A stretch of 64,000 nucleotides of DNA from positions 5,942,448-6,006,447 of the forward strand of contig BDGG01000002.1 in the NCBI GenBank assembly GCA_001949185.1, in the 5' to 3' direction. The DNA comes from Ramazzottius varieornatus. Its lineage: Eukaryota > Animalia > Tardigrada. Below, piece by piece: positions 1 through 11,070 of the stretch. Position 1 is the first letter of the stretch, and every line of letters starts with the position of its first letter. The notes below the pieces were generated by a model. The model ran no database searches. It had not been told where the DNA came from and saw only the letters and a list, made by a program, of their open reading frames with translations. A program made the position numbers and the translations under genes.

Positions 1-592
1 GTAGATACTCATTTGCTACACTCGGGGGCTGTGTGGTCGTTTCGACAGCTTGGCGTTTCCACCGAGAAGACTGCGCTTCAGGTACCTCTTTCCCAGCCGT
101 AATGATTTGACATTGTTCCGAAGAGCTACCACAGAGATCTGCAACTAACTCGGGCAGGTTAAGCGGGTAGGACTGGAAGACGATCAGATCACCCAAGACG
201 TTCTTCCTTCCATTGCGATAACTCTTGATTCGTTCTATCACTCCAACCCATGGATCCGTGGAGTGAGTTTGTTCAAGGTCGGTGAAGTATTGACTTTGTG
301 ACGAGGTAAGGTTGTCACCGTCGAAGTGAACGTAAGCGGCAGTGGGATCTTTAGTTTCCAGATCACTTCCCAGCTCAAAGAGTTCCTCTTCGGCCAGCAT
401 AGTCCCCGCTGAAGTGGCGGAGTCGGTCTCGTTGCTGAGAAGAATGATGACGGTTTGTGGCTTCTTCGAGTCAGTTGTCGAGAACCTTAGCCCGATCAGT
501 TGGGCCACATGGTTCTTGGTGTCCACTTCACCGCTCACGAAAGATGTGCATGTGACCAGGGATAGAAGTAATATAAGCCAGTGCATTCCCAT
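1..592 (-). CDS. 5' part of a signal-peptide protein with a furin site, probably V-ATPase accessory subunit S1 (Ac45/ATP6AP1-like); runs off the window
   Basis: The frame is open from ATG 592 to base 1 and is absent from the ORF track because it has no stop. It reads MGMHWLILLLSLVTCTSFVSG (signal peptide)...SSRWKR|QAVETTTQPP (R-x-K-R furin site about 180 aa in), the architecture of Ac45. A 5'UTR intron acceptor (ttctttcag) lies at 691. Confidence 0.5.
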   Translation of the reverse strand, partial: MGMHWLILLLSLVTCTSFVSGEVDTKNHVAQLIGLRFSTTDSKKPQTVIILLSNETDSATSAGTMLAEEELFELGSDLETKDPTAAYVHFDGDNLTSSQSQYFTDLEQTHSTDPWVGVIERIKSYRNGRKNVLGDLIVFQSYPLNLPELVADLCGSSSEQCQIITAGKEVPEAQSSRWKRQAVETTTQPPSVANEYL

Positions 593-1089
593 CTTGATAA
601 ATCAGCTGGAGCAATTAGTGGCTACCATCCATGTAGATCGTCCTTCGTAAAGCTTCCTCAGCTCCCGGTTCGGCGCTCCACTCACGATAGCTGAAAGAAT
701 ACAAGAACAAGCTGCTGAGGTAAACACGAATCACAAGAGATGGGTTCGAAGCAAGGCTTGGTTCGAGGTCCGAACTCTGGAACAACTCATTCGCCCCCAA
801 ACACAATCGATGAATGAATGGGTTTATCGCAAATTCGCAATGACCGCATTCATCCCCATGTGTTATTCAGGGAGACGCCCTCCCCGGTGGTGGAGTACTG
901 ACTTTCACGAGGGTTTGCTTGAGCTTCAGGAAATTTCACCCCCTTGTTTTGGTTTTTAACTTCCGAGCGCTAGGCTGCTAGCGCAGTAGCGCTTGTCCAG
1001 TTTGCCACTTTCAGACTCAAGTTCCGTAGATTTCCGACTTTCCCCACTTCTCCAAGCTGCAGTTCGTCAAGTTTACGCAGAGTGGAGAG

Positions 1090-1633
1090 ATGTCGTCTCA
1101 ACAGCGGAAGTCCCGGAAGCGAAAGGCCCGAACCATTGACGACGAGGTGGACAAAGGACGGCTGCGAGGAACTCAGCGGTGGCATATCGAGAAGATTATG
1201 GATTACCAGTAAGCGGGTTTTCTTATCTTGATAATTTGTCTTGTTTACGAGAAGAGAATTCTTGCGTTATGCAAAAATCCTGCGAAGGCCCATTGGGTGA
1301 AGAAAGAGGCTAACGGGATGACACGTTGATGTATTTCTCCTTTTTTGCAGTCTGTCTCAGGGTTGCTTCGACCCAAGCCGAGGGAAAAGGATGGTCTACT
1401 TCTCGGTGGCGTGGGAAGGTTACGGGGCGGACGAGCACACCATCGAGCCAGTGACTAACCTTCTGTCCTGTAAGAACAAGGTCTTGAAATTCCTGAAGGA
1501 GAAAGGACTGGAGCTGAAGATGGACCGCGCAACGGAAGAGGCTTGGCTTGTTGAGCGAGTTCCCCTGCTTCCGGTAGATCCGGGTTTTCCTACGGCTGAC
1601 TTGGCCAACCCAGTGGAGCATGATGTGCCATGA
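1090..1633 (+). CDS. Small chromodomain-only protein (133 aa), 2 exons
   Basis: Exons 1090-1208 and 1351-1633 (gtaag...tttttgcag, phase-compatible) give MSSQQRKSRKRKAR...WHIEKIMDYH...VYFSVAWEGYGADEHTIEPVTNL. This has the chromodomain motifs (W/Y)xIEKI, VxWxGY and TxEPxxNL plus a basic NLS. Confidence 0.8.
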
Positions 1634-2068
1634 GGAGACTGCTCCGATCAGGCCTTGTTTTCCGCATGCTGTTTTCCTTCCCTAAATTCCGATGTTGTTG
1701 GATCTCGCTCCTCCTGTCCGACCGAACCTTCGCTCATACACTCTCTGCTTCTGTATCAGATTTTACGTACATTCGATGTAAGCTCAAGTTTTGCTGGTCT
1801 GCAGCTTTTGCGCGAATAGCCGGTTACGGTTAGATGCTGTCAGACACGGCAGTGTCATATATGTAGTCTGCTTTCACTGAGGGCGCGAACAAGGAAGCAA
1901 ACTACTATCCGTTTCACTCAGTGATGTGTCAACTGTCTACAATGGCTAAGTCAGGGAACTTCCCTAAATCAACTTCGCACGTCGCCAAAGACCCGTCTCT
2001 TGTAAATGTTGTTCAAGTTAATCTTCCAATCATTAAAAAGGATAGTATACAGAAAGCATAAGTATCTT

Positions 2069-3934
2069 TTACAAAATATCGTCATCCTCATCGGCGATCT
2101 CTTTAGCCAGCTCTGCTTCCTGCTGCTCTCGTTCTCTTCGTTCTTCAGCCGTCTCGAGATCGCCATGATACGACTTGGCCGGGAAGCGCATTGCCTTGAC
2201 GCTTTGGTCGTGGGTGTCCAGGCAGAACTTGATGCGTTTGTCGAAAGCCACAAAGGGGTCCTTCGTCGAGTAGATGTTGACGTTCTCTTTGGACACCAGG
2301 GTTCCCGAATCGGCCAGCAGCTGTGCTTCGATGACTCGTTCGTTGATAGCCTTGGCCAGAATGAAGTAGACATCTTCCACGCTGTCCAACTGCAGCTTCT
2401 TGGCCACATCGACTACCGAGATGCGCGAGTAGGCGGCGTTGATGGTACGGATGCCCGTCTTGATGACGTTGTGGCGGAGACGGACAATCAGCGAGTACGT
2501 CTCGTCCTTCTTGAACCGCTCAGCGTACGTCTTCAAGACCTCGTTGAAGCGAGCCAACTTCCCAGCGCGAATAGCTGTAAAGGCCGACCATTATGAAGCT
2601 ACAGCTGATAAACTCCAACTTTCGACTTACCCAGTGTTAGCGCGTAATATGGAGCGAGGCACTCCCGGTACTCCTTCTCCAGAAAGATGGCGCGTTCAGG
2701 GATGTCTCCCAAGAGCAACTCCACGGTCACCAGCCACTTTTGAACCTATGGAAAAGCTCAGTATGATCGAAAGGTTCAGTGCTATCAAGACATACGCAAG
2801 AAGGTTCAGTTGTTTTTCTTCAGTTTCTTACCGTCTGCTTGAAACCGATCGCGCCGTTGGAAGGGACCTTGCGAGAAGCTTGCAACAGATGCTGCTGAGC
2901 TTCCGAGTACTCCAGCTTGGTAGCCTTGATTCGGCCCAAGTAGTACTGGAAGCGAGCCAGCTGGTTGTTGTGGACGGCTTCCGGGTAGGTAAGCTTCCCG
3001 ACCAGCTTCTCGGCTTGATCGTACAAGTTATCCTGGATGTAGCTACGTAGCAAAGAGTTCACCAAGCTGGCCTGTCCTTCCTCGTCTTGACGGAGAGTGG
3101 CTGTCCGCAATCGAGAAAGGAGAAAGCGGCGAATGTTGCTCAGCTTCCCGTTCACTTCGTAAGTACGTGCGTAGAAAAAGTAGACGCGACTGCCGATGGG
3201 ATCCATCGTTCGTCGAGTATTGGCGATGACTTTACCGACAATCACTTCTGCGCTGGCCATTGCCTAGATAAGTTAGCAGACCAATTAGCCGTCCAAAGCA
3301 AAACGAAGAACGCAGTCTGTGAATTTCACCTCAGTGTTCTTCTTGGCATCCAGAAGGGATATAAGTACCAACAGATGTAGATAGACATTCACTTCTGGGA
3401 CCATAGTTCCTTGCTTGTGGATAGTGTCGGCCAGCTTCTTAAAAGAAGCTGACTGCGAGCTTTTTGTCGTGTCCTCTGACAACTACAAATAAGGGGAAAT
3501 CCCAAATAAGGATTACTAACTATAATAATACAAGCATTCCGTCAGCACTATCTTCCTATGGAGCCAACTTACATCTCCAACATACTGAGCGAAGTATGCG
3601 CGGTCTTCTGGTTTGAGGCAGAGTCCTCGGATAACTCGACGAAGAACATTCGCAGTTAGGTTCTTTCGAATATAGCCCAAGCCGCGCACCGGTCGAACAG
3701 CCAAGCGTGCATCTCCCGTGGCGACGGCACGTTCAAGTAGCTTGACAAAGTCTTTGATATCTGTAATAGAATAGCAAGATACGTCGCTCATAATAGAAAA
3801 CCACGAGAAAGAGGAAACGTACCTTCAACGGTAGTAGTCTCGATGTCCACAGCCACAGGTGCGTCTGCCCCATCCACGACGCCATCCTTCGACACGCCAG
3901 TCGGATCAGCGTTATCCACCTCCATTGTGGTCAT
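2069..3934 (-). CDS. PSMD3: 26S proteasome non-ATPase regulatory subunit 3 (Rpn3)
   Basis: Exons 3934-3823, 3760-3573, 3482-3330, 3263-2832, 2745-2631, 2574-2069. Motifs include [40 protein letters not shown] (PCI domain) and the C-terminal KAMRFP...[22 protein letters not shown]. Confidence 0.97.
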
Positions 3935-4574
3935 CTTGCTGTACCGATCTGGACTCTTCTGTACGTGAAACACAAGTGTGAATAAGGTGGAGACTACAGT
4001 TTCACAAGAGCGACAAGACTCGAACCACGCAAGTGCACGGAAGCAGATTTCGCGCAGTTAGACATGGATGAAATCTGGCTGGTCATTCAAAATCAAGATG
4101 GAGAAAAACAATGGTCCAAGTTACTTCGGTTTCATTCGCTTGATTTGTTGATAGTCTCGATGACAGGTGGATGAAATCTGCACAGTGTAATTATACAGAA
4201 TGCGAGCGAAAGCGCAGTAGCACAATTCGATACGCACAGGAACATCGTGACATCATATGTAAACATTGTGCGACTCTTTTGACAAAGGGCCTACGAGACG
4301 AACTTGTTCCTATGATGTCCCGATGTTCCTGTGCGTATCGAATTTTGGGCTGGTGCGCTTTCGCTCGCAATCTGTATTTCTGTATTTTATCGCAATTTCC
4401 GTACCTTTGGCTTGTTTGGGTTTTCCTGTTTCGTAACTTCGTTAGTCGGAGCTTTGTTGCGGAGTAACGAATTCTTCTTCTGTGTTTTGCATAGCTTTAG
4501 CTCGGTGTAGGGATTGTAGCTCTCAGACTGCTACCGAAGACCCTCCAGAACAAGGTGGAACACCATCATTGACG

Positions 4575-6560
4575 ATGACTATCCTCCCGAAGAAGAAAGG
4601 CCCCAAAGAACGCGCGGAAGGAACGACGTCCAGAGGTCATAGCCATGGTCCTCCTTCCCCACTCGTTCCCCAGCAGATCGCAGATTCGGCGGTGGCTTAC
4701 AACTTACTGACGGACCCTCTAGTATCCAACCAGAATCGTGCGGAAAGCGGGCTGGAGTTCTATCAATCAAGTCATCAGCAGCCTGGCACATCCCGATCTT
4801 CCCCATTAGCGCCTCACAGGTAACTACTACTGTTTAATCATATACTGATTAGACGATCATAAGTGTCAGATCACGAGAGAAATCTGCCAGCTCGAAGTGG
4901 AAGCTGTATTGCTTATTCATGTGTTTCTTTGTCTTGCAGTTCGTCTGGGTTGTGTAAGCCTTCCGTGTCTCACCTCGCCACGCGGAATAAGAAGCAAAAG
5001 TGTTATTCGGACGATGAAGATGAGCAGACTAACGGTGATCGACTCAGAGCTTCCGGCCAACAGCAGGACGAAGAAGAGCGTAATAGTGACGACGAAAGTG
5101 AAGCCAGAATTGCGATAACTGCGGAGGAACTCATCCAGAAGGAGACAGCCTTTAGTAAACTTCTGCAAGAGAAACGAAAGCTGGTGATCAAACCGATGAA
5201 GGAAGACGGCGCCTGCTTATTCCGAGCTGTTGGTGAGTATTATCTTTGCCCTATCGTGCGCGAAAGAGTAATCCTGTCCTATGTTTCTGTTTCTTTTCAG
5301 CTGACCAAGTGATGGGAGATGAAGAAATGCACGATATGGTTCGACAGCAGTGTTTGGATTACATGGTACGTACGACTTCCGATTACTCGTTAACACGCTG
5401 GAACATAACATTGGGTTGACGAATTTTTTTCTTTTGCAGGAACGAAATGAAGACTACTTTTCTCAGTATATTACCGAGGATTTCCAGCAGTACATCAGGC
5501 GAAAGCGTACTTTGACGGAGCACGGCAACCACATTGAGATTCAAGCCATGTCGGAAGTGTACAACCGCCGGATCGAAGTTTTCGAATACGATATCGGTAT
5601 GCCACGTTCTGCTCCTTTACTGATCTTACCATACGTTTGACAAGGCGATCTTTCCTCTCCATAGATCCCATTAATGTGTTCCAAGGAGCGCACCCTCAAG
5701 AAAATGCGCCTGTTCGAGTGAGCTATCACCAGAAATGTCATTATAACAGTGTGATCGATCCTTACGCTGCCACCATTGGAGTCGGTTTGGGCATGCCTGA
5801 TTTCCATCCTGGGGTAAATCTTGAATTCATTCCACTAATTCCGTCGCAGTAACATGGACGAAGTTGTTTTACAATTGACGATGATGCATTTTACAGCTCG
5901 CGGAACAAAGGCTGATGAGTCAGGCAATTGGTCAGTCAGAAGAGGAAGCGAGTATCATTGAAAAGCAGATGCTCCAAGACAAGATGTCTGCCACTGATTG
6001 GGAAGCTACCAATGAAGCTATCGAACAGCAAATAGCTCAAGAGTCCTACCTGGAGTGGTTGAAACAAAGCGAGAAAGATACGGTAAGATTTGCATTCAGA
6101 GACAAAAACACGCGATTCAAATATTTCGGGACACCACGTGAATTCTGTATAGCTGACCAAACAAAGATGAAGAAATGTTGCCTGCTCCTGAGTGTGAACC
6201 TTGCTTAGTTTATTCACAGAGGCGTACCGGTGAAGGCGCTCCCAGCACTTCCTCGTCGAGTCTTCCTTCCTCCGCAGTTCGCCAAGGTTCCCCGAATCCC
6301 TCGACTTCTTCTCCTACTTCCATGCGACTGGTGGACCAACTAAATCACCTCCCTCCTGCCATTTTTGGTAAGTTACAGGACTGAATTTCTACCCGAGTAC
6401 TCGGCCGCATGCATGCGCACGAGTGTGAAGTTTAACTTCGATGTTGGTAGGTCTTTCGGACTGGGAAGAAGAGGACGGAAATGTTTTGGCGCAGGTCCTG
6501 GCCAGTTCGCAAGCGGAATACCTGGAGTCTCTCAAGCGGGATCAAAACGCCAATAGATAA
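4575..6560 (+). CDS. OTUD5: OTU deubiquitinase 5 (DUBA)
   Basis: Exons 4575-4819, 4940-5232, 5301-5365, 5440-5596, 5665-5813, 5897-6082, 6220-6367, 6451-6560. N-terminal [13 protein letters not shown] phospho-site, catalytic [39 protein letters not shown], and a C-terminal [17 protein letters not shown]. Confidence 0.97.
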
Positions 6561-6791
6561 GTGCTCCGCTTCAAGTTACTCCGTTTTTTGCCCTTAAGTC
6601 TGCTAGACACTTGTATAAAATGAGCTACCGTTGTGATTCGTGAAAGTGACTTTTAGCATCTCCTGAGGTGATTTTATCCGAGTATTGTGTCGATTTCGTT
6701 CAGTAATTACCTCCGGATTCTTATAGTGGGTTGAGAAAATCGAAATTTCTCTCAAACGATCCAAATTTTATTCTTCCTTGAGTGTTTTGAT

Positions 6792-8130
6792 TTAGCCATT
6801 AAAATGAACGTTTTTCTCAAACTCTTTGAACTCGTTGCGGGTAATTGAGTAGACTCTAGGTTGGACAATACGAAAAATGTCTTGGAAGAAACGGATGAGC
6901 TCCACAAGAGACCGACCGAAGCTCGGAGCAGGTGGTGATAGATTAGTACTTTGGAAGATTAGAGCTGAGGCCGGAAAAAGCTTGCGCTGATGGCGCCACA
7001 AGCATGGATAGGTGTGGCGGTGTGTCGTTTACGCAACGGAAGGAGTTTCCGCTTCGGAGAATAAACGTAGAGTTGACACTCGACGGTAAGGTCTTGATCT
7101 ACTTGAGGGGATCAAAATACCGTATTTTCGACAGAAATTCCACACATTGTATCCCCTATCTGATAATGCCTTTCTTCCGACTACAGGATGTTTCCCGAAT
7201 GTGTCGAGAGGAATGTTCCCTGAATGCATATTTTCCTTAATGAATGGAATGCCTTCGTCGAAGTCAGGTGCCTTCGCAATTAGCGCGACCTCTCTGTCAT
7301 TCATGAGGGTGAAGTGCTTCTAATAAGTCTGCTCTGTGCGGGAAGAGAGGGTTCAAAGCAACGAGTGCGCGTGGTGGGTCCTTCTTGGGATATCACGCGC
7401 GCTGCTGATAGGGATGATAGCATCTTTTGCTATCATCACGCAGTCTCGAATTTCCCCCATATGGACTAAGTGTCCCCTACATCACAGCTGCTCGTGCCGA
7501 ACAGGAAATCCTTCATCGATATCGATCTGATTTTCGTGTTCCTGTTTAGTTTCAGGGCTTTTGCCTAGCCATGACCGGAGCAGATGGAATGCCCCACGAT
7601 GATGATGCTACTATCATCAGACGGTCAGGGCGGACATCGTCTAGATGTGTACTCCGAGTATGGAGCAACGGACCAGCTTGTCTAGGAGGAAGCTTTTAGG
7701 CTAACTGCTGGCTACTGTATACATTTTCAAGAGAGCAGTGTATATTAACGCATAAAATCAGGCCAGCGGCCCTTGATAGACTTTCAAGTATAGCACATCT
7801 AATAGTTTCCCATCTCTTTTTAGGGTGGATATGCCATCGATCGAGAGGCTGAGAATGTATGCCCAGATGGGTCAGCGATGCTGCAGAAGGTGCGGCCGCG
7901 CCAGCAATCCATATATTGCTGTTTGTTCAGAGATACAACCAGTTCACACACTCTTTACGATGCCTACGCTAGCGTAAGTGTAGATGTGTCCGTCGAGACT
8001 GGTATGTCTCGCGTTGAAAATACGCGGCCAGCCAGCACTCTTGAAGGAAGGAATACTTTGACGTTCAACGCACTCGAGTCTCTTTGAGTTGTGACCCCGA
8101 TCATAAATCTGGTCTTGCAAGATTTTTCAT
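6792..8130 (-). mobile_element. Decayed CACTA/EnSpm(CMC)-like transposase relic
   Basis: Stop-riddled frames carry, in the expected order, ILSLSIDGISTLK..LLDVLYLK, NIPLDTF and LIPSSRSRPYR. These resemble the (N/S)IDG, IPxDxMH and PSEFSRxxR motifs of CMC-type transposases. No TIRs were seen. Confidence 0.33.
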
Positions 8131-10767
8131 CATGCTTCTCGTTCCTATTTCCAGACTTGCTCGAGCTGTAGCCTTGTGACTGAGTGACAAGTTGCACCTG
8201 CGCTAGCGCACAAATACTACCGCTGTCTCTGAGAATGTACCAACAGGCTTGTGCGATGTCGAAACTTCAACGAGACTCAACATTAGGTACAAGTGGATAA
8301 ACTGCAGGTACTTCGATGAACGACATTCAGAGGCTGTCTCGCAGGTGCGCGAGTTGAGCAGGTAATGTGTAGCTCGCTCGCGCAACTTGACCGGAGTATA
8401 TATGTAGCTTGCCAGTGTCCACTTGACCAGCTAACAGCCTTCAACGGACACAACGTCGACCATTCTTACTATTGATACCAAAGTAAAATCGAGACATGCA
8501 TGGTGGACTTTTCAGCCAGTGAAATAGGCGACCACGATAAGCACAAGATCAAATAGTGTAGTACGCAAAAAGGTAACCCGAGTTGAGAACAGCCTTGAAC
8601 CTAAACAAATTGATAATAAGCGGCGCGTAGGAAAAAACATACTGGCTCGAGCTTTAGTCTGGCCATCCAGCCGTCAGTCACATTGGTTCCACCTGAACGA
8701 GCCGCGTAGTACTCACGTAATTACATGGTATTATATTGAACAGACAGTTTAGAGTAGTGTGTAAAACTTTGTCGAAAATTGAAGGACCTGAAGTTGGCAA
8801 CTTGAGCGCCATGCTTGGATACCCACTTCGACCTCATCACCATTTTATGACAAGTTTTTTGTTGCTCAGCACAGGGCTTCGACTTACAGTTTTTTTCATC
8901 TTTCATCTGACGCAGGTGAAAAGACTACTGATTAGGTTAGCCAGGTAAAGGTACTACGCAGAGAAGTAAAGAACCAGCCGTGGTATCCAAGCAGCGGAAG
9001 TTCAGCGACTCATTCATCGACTTCGTTGACTCCGACGGCAAACCCGACAGTGTGTGCGCCTGACGTTTCTAGGTGCCTGTGAGGAACCCAGCCGGTAATG
9101 AAACTCGCTATATGTCAAACTCGTCTGTCAAGTACCCCCAAGTTTCGCCCGCGAGTGAGGCCGGTGTTTGCAGGTTAGCGAGCGAAAGATGGCGAACAAA
9201 CGACAAGGAAATAACCGCTAATCATACGACGACAACCTCCGAAGTTCGCTGGCATCGAAAATTCGCCATACCCCCGCTTGGGTCGCGCACCTATGGTATT
9301 TATCTCACGCTGCGTTCACCGAAAGTCCTCATCGTGTCACTTTTCACCCTATTTTTCCTCACAGAAATGGCTCATCGAACAAGCCTATATTACGAGCAGA
9401 TACAATGTACCCCCTAGACTATGCGTCAGTATTATGCGGCAATCTCCAAGGGTCGCAGTATGTCAAGATAGGTGACTTCCTCCTTCAAGCCGCGCACCTC
9501 TGAAGCTGGCTCACAGAAGGCCTTGCTCCGTTAAAATCTGTGACTTTTGTCATTTTTCGAAGAACTGTACTTGTTTAGTGTGCATTGAAAGCAGCTTATG
9601 ATTCTGAGTCAAGCAGATATTTACACAAGCTGCAGCGAACCTCCGAGGTTGGCCGCAGCAGACTCACCACTCCCTCGATCAAGTCGCGCATCTTCGAAAC
9701 CGGTCGCTGCGTGCGTTGACTGAGGTCCTGTTGTCTCATCTTTTGTAGTAAACTTTCGTACAGCAGCAACAGCTCATCAGACGAGCCTACGTTTTCAGCG
9801 AATGCGACTTGCCACCTAGACGTATCCGCGTCTCGTAACTTGTATTCATAAAATATAGCAACGAATGTATCCTATATGCCTCGTAACTTTCGGTCAGCCT
9901 TTACAATGGCGCTTTTACACTGTGCGACATGGCTCGTGGGCAAAATATGGCAGTCACAATTTCCTCGCAAGCTGCTCGATCGTTCTCTTTTCCCAACAAC
10001 AACAGACAAGAGGAAGTTTCCAATGGTGAGATTTAGCCATCGGAAAAGACTGACGAGCCTTTGAGGCATTTAGGAGAGTTTAAGCGGCTCAAAAGTGCCT
10101 CGCTTCCGTGGAATGTCGCGGCGCATTCCTTTCGCGGCGCTCACAAATTGTACGCATTTGCCATGCTGAATGACAAGCCAAAATCTTGATTCAGATCGTG
10201 CTTTGATTCATAATGTGGAATGATGGAATTTGAGGCAGGGAAGGCTGACGAGGAAGAGAGCAGACATGCAAAGCCAGACAAACAATTTCCAGTTTCCTAG
10301 GAATATATAATTATGCCCATTTTTCGAGACGGCTTCAGCGGAAACTGCCTTACTCAACTTCATCGTCTGCCTTGGCAGTCTGACTGCTGTAATGTCTTGC
10401 CCTGTGGTCAAGTTCTGACCACGTTCATTCTGGTTAACAGACGATGATGATGATGATCAAATGCCTGTCATATTTTTGAATTGATGGCCGTCGTCTCCCC
10501 CAGATTCCCATAGAGGAAGTTGAAGGGCCGATAACACCGCGCTGCCGAGACGTGCGCATCTCTTGCGAAATACCCGTCTGGCTGTTTCTGTACATACACC
10601 ACCAAGGCAGTGGACTGAACGTGGTGCAAGCACGTACGACAGGCTGTTGTACGCCTGGCGCCTTACATGGAGGTAAACAAGGCGACCAATGGATACCCAC
10701 AAGCGTTCAATCAAGGCCTACGCCTCAATGTTCACCGCTGACTCGCACGCAGGCCGTGCGTGATCGC

Positions 10768-10900
10768 TGACGTCATTGCAGCCCCTAGTCCAAAGTCCGC
10801 CCTGTCTGCAGGCTTGGACCAATGAAGGAGGACCGAATTAAATAACCGGGAATTATATCGCTATCGCGCGCCATTCCTTCCATTCAAACATTCATTTCTG
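10768..10900 (+). promoter_or_regulatory. Putative Pim kinase core promoter
   Basis: Full CRE TGACGTCA at 10768-10775, GC box CCGCCC at 10797-10802, CCAAT at 10819-10823 and TATA-like ATTAAATAA at 10837-10845. Pyrimidine-rich Inr-like sequence follows, about 200 bp upstream of ATG 11071. Confidence 0.5.
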
Positions 10901-11070
10901 CCATTGCACAACTGCACGACGAAACTCTCTCTCGCTTCAATTTGTTGTGACTGAAACTACGACTACACTCTTGACTACTCGATCGTTCAATGTGCAACCT
11001 AAGCTCCGTGTTAAATTACGTGACCATCGCTCGCCGTGCATAAGAACCAACCTCAAACTCTTCCAGCATC

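Noticed and set aside
2006-3380. Long plus-strand ORFs (196, 203 and 97 aa)
   Set aside because: They are antisense shadows of PSMD3 exons.
8985-9130. KQRKFSDSFIDFVDSDGKPDSVC, resembling a hAT/Buster transposase N-terminus
   Set aside because: It is too short, is interrupted by stops and has no downstream transposase motifs.
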